A stretch of 64,000 nucleotides of DNA from Acidobacteriota bacterium. Its GTDB lineage: Bacteria > Acidobacteriota > UBA890 > WLXD01. Made by a program: the position numbers and the translations under genes. Below, in pieces: positions 48,572-57,997 of the stretch. The DNA is taken from positions 1 through 64,000 of the forward strand of contig CBDBHB010000006.1 of NCBI GenBank assembly GCA_965205505.1, given 5' to 3'. Under the pieces are notes generated by a model. The model made no database searches and was not told the origin of the DNA. It saw only the letters and a list, made by a program, of their open reading frames with translations. Position 1 is the stretch's first letter. Every line of letters begins with the position of its first letter.

Positions 48572-49434
48572 GCATGATCGAGCTGAAATCGAGCCTCAGG
48601 CGAGCGCCGGGATCCGAGCACGGCATCGGCATGCTCGAGATGACGCTGTTGCTCGGCGCCATGGTGATTCTCGCCGCCGCCGTCGCCCCGTCGTTGCTAC
48701 GCGTCTTGCAAGACCAGCGCCACGAGCAGGTGATGGACGAGTTGAAGGCCATCCACACTGCCGTCAACGGTGACGAGTCCGACAAGACCTTCGGCTTCGT
48801 TGGCGATATCGGCCGCTTCCCGGTGCAGTTGACCGAGCTCGTCGAGGCCGTCGATCTCCAGCCCTTCCGTATCTCCGAGGAGACCGCAGTTGGCTACGGC
48901 TGGAGCGGGCCCTACCTGAATCGTGGGATCGGTACCGAGGACTGGGCCACCGATGCATGGGGCAACCGCTACGACATCGGCGCTGTTGGCGACGGCCAGG
49001 TTCGCAGCGCCGGCCCGAACGGCAAATACGACGACGACGATGACCTCGTCTACCCGCCCGGTCCGGTGAACCCGTATGGCAACGTCGTGGTGACCATCCG
49101 CGGCCATGGCGATGGTGCCATCGTCAGCGACCCCGAGGGCTGTGGCGTCATCCTGTTCTATTCGGAGGAGGGCGAGGAGGCTCAGGTGGTCGACGAGACG
49201 GCTCCCTACTCGTTCACCAACGTGCACCGCGGTGTCCACGCCGTCTACATCGCTTGCGATCGACACGACGGTGGTGTGGCCGAGGAGATCGGCATCGTCA
49301 CGGTCCGGGGCGGTGGCTCGCAGCAAGTAGTCGAGCTCCACGCCGCGCTCGGCGACACGGTCATCGACGACGCCGAACCCGCGGACGACGCGTCTGAACT
49401 CAACCGGCAGCGGCCGGTCAACGGCCAGAGGTGA
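48568..49434 (+). CDS. GspG-like prepilin 8 with C-terminal beta-sandwich extension
   Basis: HG|IGMLE; WSGPYL, DAWGNRY, RSAGPNGKYDDDDD; extra ~120-aa C-domain (YSFTNVHRGVH). Confidence 0.82.
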   Translation: MSMIELKSSLRRAPGSEHGIGMLEMTLLLGAMVILAAAVAPSLLRVLQDQRHEQVMDELKAIHTAVNGDESDKTFGFVGDIGRFPVQLTELVEAVDLQPFRISEETAVGYGWSGPYLNRGIGTEDWATDAWGNRYDIGAVGDGQVRSAGPNGKYDDDDDLVYPPGPVNPYGNVVVTIRGHGDGAIVSDPEGCGVILFYSEEGEEAQVVDETAPYSFTNVHRGVHAVYIACDRHDGGVAEEIGIVTVRGGGSQQVVELHAALGDTVIDDAEPADDASELNRQRPVNGQR

Positions 49435-51242
49435 TCATGGGTTTCATGGATAAGCTGCGCGGCGGCGGTCGCGTCGGCATCGAGCTCGGACGCAGCGTGG
49501 CTGCCGCTGAGCTGCGAAGCGACCCGCCGCGTGTGGTCGGTGCCGGCCATGCCGCTCACGCCGGCTTCAGCGGTCGCGAGCTGGGGCAGTGGATTCGCCG
49601 TTGGTTCGAGACCGTGGGCATTGGCAGCCGAGCTGCGCGCGCCGTGGTGGTCGACGGCGATATCTACCACTACCTGGTCAACATGCCCGAGATGTCGGAT
49701 AGCGAGCGCCACTTGGCCGCAGGTGCCGAGGTGCGCAAGCTGGCGCCGGTTCCGGAGAGCCAGCTCGTGTACTCGCACATGGCGGTTGGCCATGTGACCG
49801 AGGGTGGGGTCGTCAAGCAGAAAGTACTGATCTCGGCGATCGACAAGTCGACGATGCGCAATGCCATCGACGCTGTCGAGGCTGCCGGCCTCAGCGCCGA
49901 TGCAGTGACCACGGTACCCGCAGCGTTGGCGCAGGCGATGGAGCTGTTACCGCCGATCGCCGGCGGCACCGCGATCGCTTACCTGTCGGCCGGCCGCTCC
50001 TACCTGTTGGTCTTCCAGGACGGCACCCTCGAGCTGGTGCGCGACTTTGCCCTGCGCGGCGAATCCGATTCGATGGCCGATCTGGTGGCCACCGAGCTGC
50101 GTCGCTCGTTTCTTTACTTCGGGCAGCGTGCCCAAGGCGCTACCGTGCAGCGGCTGGTGCTCGCCGGGCCCATGGAGGATCTCACCAACCTGGCGTCCCA
50201 CCTACGCGAGTCCCTTGGTGTAAACGTCGAGCTGTTCGATGTCAGCGACCACGTTGATCTGAACGGCGCCATTGACCCGATCGAGCAGCCGGCACTTGCG
50301 GTGGCTTTCGGGGCGGCGTCGATGGCCCGGAAAGACAGCGGCAACCTGGTGTCTCCCGAACAGGTCAACGAGGACCGCACCCGTCGGGTGATGTCGGTCG
50401 GCCGTGTGGCCGCCGCCGCTTTGTTGCTCTTCCTGGTGGGCTGGGGGGTGCTTGCCCTGCTGAACTCCGCAGTCAACAGCAATCGCATGGCGCAGGTACA
50501 GGAACAGGTTTCGCAGCGGCAGCTGGAGCTACGAGAGGTCCGCGCCACGGCGCAGGAGCGTTCGAATCACGCCGCACGGCGAGCACTGCTGGAGCAGCGC
50601 TCGCTCGAGACAACGCTGATGGGCGCAGTTCTGCAACGTCTCAGCCAGCGGGCCCCGGAAGAGCTCGTCATCGAGAACGTCACATGGCATCCGGTCGCCG
50701 GCCCGCGCGGTGAGCGCTACTGGGATGCCGTCGTCCAGGGCCTGGTGCTGGGCGACTCGCGCTCGGGCTCGCAGGCTGTCTTCAACCGTTTCTACAGCAT
50801 CATGGTGAGCGATCCGATCGTCCACGACGTGCATCTGATCGAACCGCTGGTGATCGGGTCGGAGGGCGCGCGCAGCGGCCCGGCGGTGTTGCAGCAGGCC
50901 CGACAGTTGAGCGCTCAGGGCGGCCGCTCCGCTTCCGGGGGAGCGTCATTCAACCGCAACTTCCAACGCGGCCCCGGCGCATTCGGTCCAATTCGGTCAC
51001 GGTCGTTCAATGACAGATCGTTCAGCAACGGGCGACCCGCGGTGACGCGCGACGATCGCAATAGCAGCCTGTGGCTGTTTGATCGACAGTGGCCCGGCCG
51101 CGGCGCGGTAACGAGTGGTCGCCGTGATCAGCAACCTCTACGTACCACGCTGGATGAACTGCCGGCCTTCGGCCCGACGGCAACGTCGGTCGGTTTCAAG
51201 GTCGCGGTTCAGCTCAGGTCGATCGCCGGAGGCGGACAATGA
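49431..51242 (+). CDS. PilM-PilN fusion (GspL/MshI-like alignment protein)
   Basis: Actin-like N-part (VGIELG, ELRRSFLYF, LVLAG), NLV motif, one TM, coiled coil, periplasmic domain. Confidence 0.72.
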   Translation: MIMGFMDKLRGGGRVGIELGRSVAAAELRSDPPRVVGAGHAAHAGFSGRELGQWIRRWFETVGIGSRAARAVVVDGDIYHYLVNMPEMSDSERHLAAGAEVRKLAPVPESQLVYSHMAVGHVTEGGVVKQKVLISAIDKSTMRNAIDAVEAAGLSADAVTTVPAALAQAMELLPPIAGGTAIAYLSAGRSYLLVFQDGTLELVRDFALRGESDSMADLVATELRRSFLYFGQRAQGATVQRLVLAGPMEDLTNLASHLRESLGVNVELFDVSDHVDLNGAIDPIEQPALAVAFGAASMARKDSGNLVSPEQVNEDRTRRVMSVGRVAAAALLLFLVGWGVLALLNSAVNSNRMAQVQEQVSQRQLELREVRATAQERSNHAARRALLEQRSLETTLMGAVLQRLSQRAPEELVIENVTWHPVAGPRGERYWDAVVQGLVLGDSRSGSQAVFNRFYSIMVSDPIVHDVHLIEPLVIGSEGARSGPAVLQQARQLSAQGGRSASGGASFNRNFQRGPGAFGPIRSRSFNDRSFSNGRPAVTRDDRNSSLWLFDRQWPGRGAVTSGRRDQQPLRTTLDELPAFGPTATSVGFKVAVQLRSIAGGGQ

Positions 51243-51904
51243 GTTGGTCGGATCTGCAACCCCAGGTTCGCGCTGCCATTCTCGGCATGGCGGTCCTGTT
51301 TGTGGCGCTCTTGCTCTGGTTGTGGTTCGTACAGCCGATGCGCGCGCGCGCCACAGCGGCCACCAACGACATCGAGGCGGCCGAATCACGGCTCGACCAG
51401 ATAGAGCGTGAGATCGAGAGCATTCCGCCCGCTGCACCGGCCGAGCGCGCCGCCTGGCAGAGCTCTAACGACGAGTTGATGAGCCGCCTCGGCCCGGAGT
51501 CGGAGCTCACCCTGCTAATCGAGTCGCTCGTACGAATGGGGGAGGCCGAGGGGATAGAGCTGTTCATCACCAGTGAGAGCGCCGCGCCGGTGGCCGGGAC
51601 CGGTGGTGCACCGCCGGAGTCTGCCCGCGTGATCGGCGCCGTGCCGGGCGCCAGTTACGTGCCGCTCAACTGCCGTGTGTTCGGCGACTTTATCGCCACG
51701 AGCCGCTTCATTGCTCAGGTCGGACGTCTCGGTTGGGTTGTAGAGGTGGCGGGCCTGGAGATGCAGCGCGCCTTCCCTGAAGTAGTTACCGATCTACGTC
51801 TACTCGTTTACTTCCGCCCCAGCACCACGGATGCCTCGTCTGGCGACGCGAATCCAGGTCGCTCCCGCGGACCCGTCGGAGCTCAGGGAGGCGGCAATGG
51901 GTAG
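51239..51904 (+). CDS. PilO/GspM-like protein
   Basis: WSDLQPQVR, TM, coiled coil, GDFIATSRFIAQV; position after PilMN. Confidence 0.7.
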   Translation: MSWSDLQPQVRAAILGMAVLFVALLLWLWFVQPMRARATAATNDIEAAESRLDQIEREIESIPPAAPAERAAWQSSNDELMSRLGPESELTLLIESLVRMGEAEGIELFITSESAAPVAGTGGAPPESARVIGAVPGASYVPLNCRVFGDFIATSRFIAQVGRLGWVVEVAGLEMQRAFPEVVTDLRLLVYFRPSTTDASSGDANPGRSRGPVGAQGGGNG

Positions 51905-52484
51905 CCGAAACATCCTGACCGTGCTGATCATCGTCTTCGTGGCCGTGCTGCTGTACAACGCGCTCTACTTCACTGGAGTGGTGGGAACCTTCGGCGGCGA
52001 CACTGAGATCGGACCACTGACCCAGGATCCCAACCTGAGCCCACCGGGCTTTGAGCAGCCGGGGGCTACGCCCGGTCAGCGGCCGGTGCCGAGCTCACCG
52101 CGATCGCCGACCCAAGCGACGCAGCGCCGCGGCGAGTTGACCGCCGCCGATCTGACGATCGACTCGAACTGGGGTCGCAATCCATTTTTCACGCCGCGCG
52201 AGATCTGGGCGCTCGACAACTTCGCCCCGGTCTATGTCGATGCTGGCGTCAGGATGGATGAGGGCCTGTACTTGTCAGCGATCGTGACCGATAGCACTGG
52301 CCGCCGCGTAGCAGTGATCAACAACGAAGTCGTGACCGTCGGCGACAACATCGCCGGCATGCAGGTAGTCGAGGTAACCGATGAGACCGTGGTCTTCGCC
52401 TCTGGAGGACAACGGCATGTCTTGAGAATGGCTGACGCCGCGATCGGTCTGAGCTCGCGCAGCGGCACCGTCGGGAGGTACTGA
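51897..52484 (+). CDS. PilP/MshK-like protein
   Basis: TM, Pro-rich linker, RNPF, LSAIV...AVINNEVVTVGDNIAGMQVVEV. Confidence 0.68.
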   Translation: MGSRNILTVLIIVFVAVLLYNALYFTGVVGTFGGDTEIGPLTQDPNLSPPGFEQPGATPGQRPVPSSPRSPTQATQRRGELTAADLTIDSNWGRNPFFTPREIWALDNFAPVYVDAGVRMDEGLYLSAIVTDSTGRRVAVINNEVVTVGDNIAGMQVVEVTDETVVFASGGQRHVLRMADAAIGLSSRSGTVGRY

Positions 52485-54283
52485 TGAGCCCGCTGAGAGA
52501 TGGATTGAGGAGATCTGGGATGACAAGCCGAAGCGTACGAACGTCCCGTTGGAAGACGGCCGCCGCACTGCTACTTGCCGTTGCCGTGATTCCGGGTTGC
52601 GTGTCGCGTGGGTACAACAACGCCCAGGCAGCGCCGGCCACATCGGTAGCTGCAGCGCCCTCGCCGCCCAGCTCGGACGAGCCCGGGCGCCCGTCGTTCG
52701 ACGAGCTGAGTCCGCATGCGCAGATCGCCGAAGCACCGGCCACGTCGATCGAGGAGTCGCTCGACGACACCGGCTACGACCCCGGCCGCGCCTATAGCCT
52801 CAGGGTGCGCGAGACCGACGTGCGCGCCGTCTTGCTGGCGGTGGCGCGCGAGTCTGATTTGTCGATAGTCATCGAGCCGGATGTGTCCGGCGTAGTGACG
52901 CAGGACATCGTCAACGTGACGCTGCCGGTTCTGCTGGACAGCTTGCTGACCCCGCTCGGGCTCCAATACCGAGTCGAGAACGGGGTGCTGAAGATCCGGC
53001 TTCGGCAGATGGAGACACGCTTCTTCTTCCTCGATATCGTGCAGACCGACCGGAACGGCTCGCGTACGATCGGCGTAAGCACCGGTGGCCAGGGTAACAA
53101 TGGTGGCTTCAACGGTGGTGCCAACGGGGGCGCCGGTGGTATTGGCGGTGGTATTGGCGGTGGTCGACGCGGCGGCGGCGCCGCCAGCGGCGGCGGCTCC
53201 GCCTCCGTGCAGTCGAGGGATCCGAGCTTCATCTGGGACGACATTACTGAGGGAACTCTTTTTCTCATGGGCTCCGGATACGGCGGCGGTTTTGCCGGCG
53301 GTGGGTTCGATCCGCTTGATCCCAACCGCCAGCGGCTGCGCGGTGGGCTCGGTGGCTTCGGTGGCGGCGCGGGCTTCGGCAGCGCCGATGGCCCTGCGTT
53401 GCACGTCAATCGCAGCGCCGGCACGATCATGGTGCGTCATTATCCCGACGTGCTCGACGAGATCGGTGAGTACTTGGCGATGGTCGAGGAGATTGCCCAG
53501 CGACAGGTGCTGATCGAGGCGAAGATCGTCGAGGTGTTGATGCACCAGGAGTTTGCCGCCGGCGTCGATTGGAGTGCCGTGTTCACCGATCTTGGTCTGA
53601 CCGCTAGCCAGACGGTTGGCGCCAGCGGCCTGAACATCTTCCAGGCCAGTGTCCAGCGCCAGAACTTCAACGCCATCCTCGGTGCGATGTCGAATCAGGG
53701 CGATGTCGACGTGCTGTCGTCGCCGTCCGTCGTGACCCTGAACAACCAGGTCGCGCTGCTGAGCGTCGGTACGCAGGAGGTGTTCTTCACCACGCAGACC
53801 GTGTTCAACGCCCAGGGGGGACTGGCTCAGACGGTGACCAACCCCGGCACCGTCACCAACGGCGTCATCCTCTCGGTTACGCCGCAGATCTCGGCCGATG
53901 GTTGGATCACGATGAGCATCCAACCGGCGATCACCAGCCTCGCGGGCGAGGCGATTTCGCCCAACGGCGATCGCTTCCCGATCATGGACGTGCGTGTGAC
54001 CGACAACGTCATCCGTGTTCGGGAGGGCGAGACCATCTTTATCGGCGGTCTCCTTGAGGACGTCGCACGCGAGAGCGTGTCCAAGACCCCGATACTTGGA
54101 GACATCCCGATCCTGGGCGCGTTGTTCAGGCGCCAGGATCGCAGCACCCGCAAGTCAGACCTCATTGTGATGATCACCCCGACGATACTCAACGGCGACC
54201 GCATACGCGAGATCATGCGTGACCAGCTGCAGCGCCTCGAGATGCGCCGCCGCTCCCGCGCGGGTGCGCGTCGCGGGCAGTAA
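52484..54283 (+). CDS. Secretin (MshL/GspD type), probable lipoprotein
   Basis: Lipobox VIPGC; QVLIEAKIVEV, GVDW, LSSP, VTPQI, PILGDIPILGALFR. Confidence 0.92.
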   Translation: MSPLRDGLRRSGMTSRSVRTSRWKTAAALLLAVAVIPGCVSRGYNNAQAAPATSVAAAPSPPSSDEPGRPSFDELSPHAQIAEAPATSIEESLDDTGYDPGRAYSLRVRETDVRAVLLAVARESDLSIVIEPDVSGVVTQDIVNVTLPVLLDSLLTPLGLQYRVENGVLKIRLRQMETRFFFLDIVQTDRNGSRTIGVSTGGQGNNGGFNGGANGGAGGIGGGIGGGRRGGGAASGGGSASVQSRDPSFIWDDITEGTLFLMGSGYGGGFAGGGFDPLDPNRQRLRGGLGGFGGGAGFGSADGPALHVNRSAGTIMVRHYPDVLDEIGEYLAMVEEIAQRQVLIEAKIVEVLMHQEFAAGVDWSAVFTDLGLTASQTVGASGLNIFQASVQRQNFNAILGAMSNQGDVDVLSSPSVVTLNNQVALLSVGTQEVFFTTQTVFNAQGGLAQTVTNPGTVTNGVILSVTPQISADGWITMSIQPAITSLAGEAISPNGDRFPIMDVRVTDNVIRVREGETIFIGGLLEDVARESVSKTPILGDIPILGALFRRQDRSTRKSDLIVMITPTILNGDRIREIMRDQLQRLEMRRRSRAGARRGQ

Positions 54284-54302
54284 TGGATTTCGGAGGCCAG
54301 CA

Positions 54303-55664
54303 ATGTATCTAGACTTCCACGGGCTCATCGAGAAGCCCTTCAGCCTGACCCCCGACCCGAAGTACTTCTTCGCCTCGGGGTGCCACGCGGAGGCACGCGA
54401 TTTGCTGCGCTACGGTGTGCGTGAGCGCGAGGGCTTCATGTGCTTCGTCGGGGCAGCTGGCACTGGCAAGACGACGCTGCTGCGCACCGTGCTCGATGGC
54501 TTCGGCGACGACATCGTTACGGCGATCGTCCTGAACCCGTACCTGTCCGAGCAGGACTTGCTGCGCATTATCCTGCAGGACTTCGGCGTTGCCACGCGGG
54601 CCGAGTTCGAGGGTGGGCAGAGTCGGGAAGCGAGCAAACAGGAGCTCGTCGATCGGCTGAACGATTATCTGATCGGTCTCAGCATGCAGGGTCGCGCCGC
54701 GGTCCTCGTCGTGGACGAGGCGCAGAACTTGCCGCTGCCGGTCATGGAGCAGATCCGCCTGCTGTCGAATCTCGAGACCTCGAAGCAGAAGCTGCTGCAG
54801 ATTGTCCTCGCCGGGCAGCTCGGCCTGCGGCGGTTGCTCGCCTCCCCCGAGCTCAGCCAGCTGGCACAGCGGGTTTCCGTTCGCTACACGCTGCAGCCCT
54901 TCGGGCGTGACGAGGTCGGCCGCTACATCGACCATCGACTTCGCATCGCCGGCAGCGATGGCGACGTGGTGTTCGACGACGCGGCCCTCGACAGTCTGTA
55001 TCGTTATACGGAAGGTGTGCCACGCTTGGTCAACCTGTTGGGCGACCGCGCTTTGCTTGCCGGTTACGCGCAGCAGACTCGACTGATCGATGCCGGCATC
55101 ATCGATCGAGCCGCCGCCACACTCGATTTGACCGAGATGGGAGCAGCGCCGATCGAGCGGCCGCAGCCCATGCAAATGGTCTCGCAGCCGCAGGCACGGG
55201 AGCGGTCGGCGAAGCCAGTGCAGGCGCTCGCCGGCATCGTGCTGGCTGCTGCGGTCAGCGCCGGCGGCTACGCTGCCTGGAACGCAAACCAGACCACAGC
55301 GCTCGCCGATCCGCCGCCGCCGCGCGCCGAGGGCAGCCTCAGCGCGGCACCGAACGACGTGACCTTCGGGAGCGGCAATGTAGTCGTCGATCTGGCGATG
55401 CCGCAGAAACCCTTCACCGTTTATCTGAGCTCATTCCGGCAGCCCGACGATGACTACCTCGTCGAGCTGCGCGGACGTCTGAACGAAGCTGGGTACGTCC
55501 ACTTCCTGATCGGAGCCGACGTTCCCAGCATGGGCACGATGTATCGACTCACCGTAGGTGAATTCGACGATCAGGCCGCGGCACGCGAGACCGCCTCGAA
55601 GCTGAAGGAGTCGGGGCTCGCCCACGCCGAGGCAGTCGCTGTCGCCGACGCCACCGGGAGCTAG
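54303..55664 (+). CDS. ExeA/MshM AAA ATPase with C-terminal SPOR-like domain
   Basis: MYLDFHGLIEKPFSLTPDP, GAAGTGKTT, VDEAQNL, GVPRLVN; YLSSF...YRLTVGEF. Confidence 0.9.
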   Translation: MYLDFHGLIEKPFSLTPDPKYFFASGCHAEARDLLRYGVREREGFMCFVGAAGTGKTTLLRTVLDGFGDDIVTAIVLNPYLSEQDLLRIILQDFGVATRAEFEGGQSREASKQELVDRLNDYLIGLSMQGRAAVLVVDEAQNLPLPVMEQIRLLSNLETSKQKLLQIVLAGQLGLRRLLASPELSQLAQRVSVRYTLQPFGRDEVGRYIDHRLRIAGSDGDVVFDDAALDSLYRYTEGVPRLVNLLGDRALLAGYAQQTRLIDAGIIDRAAATLDLTEMGAAPIERPQPMQMVSQPQARERSAKPVQALAGIVLAAAVSAGGYAAWNANQTTALADPPPPRAEGSLSAAPNDVTFGSGNVVVDLAMPQKPFTVYLSSFRQPDDDYLVELRGRLNEAGYVHFLIGADVPSMGTMYRLTVGEFDDQAAARETASKLKESGLAHAEAVAVADATGS

Positions 55665-55672
55665 GAAAGCCA

Positions 55673-56971
55673 ATGAGTGTCATCCTCGATGCCTTGAAGC
55701 GGGTGCAGGACGAGAACCGGCGCCGCGGCGCTGCACCAGTGGTGCCGGATCCGGGTCCGATGCACGGCTCGAACGCGCTGTTGCGCCGACTGAGAGCTCC
55801 CGAGGCCCCGCGGGTGTCCGTGCGTCGCCGGCCTGGACCAGCTGTTTGGATCGGGGCATTGGCCGCTACCGGCATCGCTGTCGTGGCGACGGTGCTGTGG
55901 TGGATGCAGCCGAGCTTCTCCGGCCCGCGAGCCAACGACGGCCGCGCGCTGTTGACGGATCTCACTGCGAGCCCGCGTGATTCGGTGCGTTTCCCGCCGC
56001 CGGACGCGGCCCGTGGTGGCGCTCTCGAGTCGTCCGGCGGCGACCTCGGCACGGGCGCTCTGATGGCGGGTGCGGAGCCGCTGCCGGGCGCGGCAGCCAA
56101 CCGCGAGATGAACGACCTTTCGGCCAACCTGCCCGAGATGCCGGCGGCGTCCGCGAATGCGAGCGAACGCCAACCCGAGCCCAGCTTCAGTCTCGAGGTG
56201 GAGGACCGAGCCGCAGCTTCGAGCAGCGGAAGCAACATCGACCTGACCTCGAACCGCCCCGCCGCCCCCAGCGCCAGGCGTGCGGCGCCCGGCCGCAGCA
56301 CGGCATCGGCTGGTGCAAACGTGGCTGCCGATCGCGGTCGTGGCGTGCCCCCTGCGAGCAAGACGCTCGTCGATCCAGGAGTCCGTGATGCCTTCGCGGC
56401 GGGCGTGCGTGCCCAGAAAGAGGGCGCGCTGGCTCGCGCCGAGGAGGCCTACAAGCGAGCGCTGCGGCAAGATCCGCACAACGCCAAAGTCAACGCAAAC
56501 CTGGGCGTTCTGTACGAGCAACAAGGGCGTTTGGAGGCGGCTGAGCGTCACTTGCGAGAGGCTACATCGGTCGAGCCCAACAATGCGTCGGTGCACAACA
56601 ACCTGGGCGTGGTGCTGTACCGCAAAGGCAACTACGATGGCGCGCTGATCGAGTTCAATCGCACCCTGTCGCTGGATCCGGAACGCCTCGATGCCTATAC
56701 CAACAAGGGTTTGATCTTCACTCGATGGGGACGCTACGAGGACGCAGAGCGCGCCTTCATGCAGGTACTGGCGCTGAATCCCGACGATCCGTTGGCCAAC
56801 TACAACCTGGCTCTGGTCTACGAGGAAGTCGGCGACGCCAGCCGCGCCGTCGACCACTATTATCGATTCCTCGCGGCTGGCGGAGCCAATCACCCGAAGA
56901 TTGCCCGCTACCTCTCTCAGCATCTCTCGTGGCTCGAGGGTCGCCTGAATGGTGGTGCCCAGCGTCGCTAG
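55673..56971 (+). CDS. MshN/ExeB-like TPR protein
   Basis: MSVILDALKRV N-terminus, TM, low-complexity linker, about five TPRs. Confidence 0.8.
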   Translation: MSVILDALKRVQDENRRRGAAPVVPDPGPMHGSNALLRRLRAPEAPRVSVRRRPGPAVWIGALAATGIAVVATVLWWMQPSFSGPRANDGRALLTDLTASPRDSVRFPPPDAARGGALESSGGDLGTGALMAGAEPLPGAAANREMNDLSANLPEMPAASANASERQPEPSFSLEVEDRAAASSSGSNIDLTSNRPAAPSARRAAPGRSTASAGANVAADRGRGVPPASKTLVDPGVRDAFAAGVRAQKEGALARAEEAYKRALRQDPHNAKVNANLGVLYEQQGRLEAAERHLREATSVEPNNASVHNNLGVVLYRKGNYDGALIEFNRTLSLDPERLDAYTNKGLIFTRWGRYEDAERAFMQVLALNPDDPLANYNLALVYEEVGDASRAVDHYYRFLAAGGANHPKIARYLSQHLSWLEGRLNGGAQRR

Positions 56972-57578
56972 TCGCGTCGGCAGGCTTTCTTGTCTGATGG
57001 CGCTCATGGTCTGTGTGGCCTCAACGGCCGTGCTCGCCCAGGGCATGTCGGAGCCCTGCGTCTATACCGCCGACGATGGCGCCATGGTGATTACCGACAG
57101 CGCCACGGACTCGAGCTGCCACCGCCGGTTGCCTACGATCTTCCGGCCGCCGGGTCGTCTGCGCCTTACGTTCGCTGTTGCGGAGCTCATCTCCTTGAGT
57201 CATGACGTCGCCGAGCGTGGTGGCGTCGACCACCGGCTCGTCGAGTCGCTGGTCGAGATGGAATCGGGGTTCAACCCGCGCGCCGTGTCCCGCAAGGGCG
57301 CCATGGGACTCATGCAGCTCATGCCGAACGTCGCCCGCCAGTACGGCGTCGACACGTCCTTCGATCCGTGGCAGAACCTGGATGCTGGCGTGCGCCACCT
57401 GCGCGGGCTGTTGCAGAGATACGACGGAGATCTCGAGCGCTCGCTAGCGGCCTACAACGCCGGTGAGGGCGCGGTGCGTCGCTACGGCGGCATACCGCCA
57501 TACGCCGAAACCCAGAACTACGTGCGCCGCGTTCTCTACAGGTATCGGCAGCGCGTTGAGGGTGTTCGCCTGCACTAG
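56949..57578 (+). CDS. Lytic transglycosylase (SLT domain)
   Basis: MESGFNPRAVSRKGAMGLMQLMP, AAYNAG, ETQNYV. Confidence 0.93.
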   Translation: MVVPSVASRVGRLSCLMALMVCVASTAVLAQGMSEPCVYTADDGAMVITDSATDSSCHRRLPTIFRPPGRLRLTFAVAELISLSHDVAERGGVDHRLVESLVEMESGFNPRAVSRKGAMGLMQLMPNVARQYGVDTSFDPWQNLDAGVRHLRGLLQRYDGDLERSLAAYNAGEGAVRRYGGIPPYAETQNYVRRVLYRYRQRVEGVRLH

Positions 57579-57934
57579 TGGCCTGTAACAGATGATCGTT
57601 GCATATCGTGGTGGCGAAATGGGACCGGATGCCAGGCGCGACGACGAGACGATGTTTGCCCATCTTGGAGGAGGAGCAACGCCGCAGACGCGCCGTTGGC
57701 GGCGTAACCCGTAGGGCAAGTGGGAGTCACGGGCGATGGCGGCGTCTCTCCTCCTCGACGATGGCTCCAGCATCGCCTCATCGTCGATCCTTGCCCTAGC
57801 CCGTGAGTCCCACTTGCCAGACCCACCACACTTCCATCACGGCCTGCTAGCATCGACATCCTCGCCGCGCCTTGATCTCACCCGCAAATCCTATCTGCGA
57901 TATGCAACGATCATCTGTTACAGGCCACTAGTGC
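57572..57934. mobile_element. Non-autonomous fold-back element (MITE-like, IS630-like ends)
   Basis: Perfect 37-bp inverted repeat (57572-57608 / 57898-57934) with CTAG at both ends; nested internal inverted repeats; no transposase. Confidence 0.8.
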
Positions 57935-57997
57935 CCCCGTAACAGGCCGTGCCAACTGCTTTCGCACGGCACGCTGGGGCGCTGTAGAGTTATTGAC

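Noticed and set aside
52571-57046. Long antisense ORFs (52571-53923, 54309-55175, 55661-57046) and similar ones elsewhere
   Set aside because: Shadow frames of GC-rich genes with no recognisable motifs.
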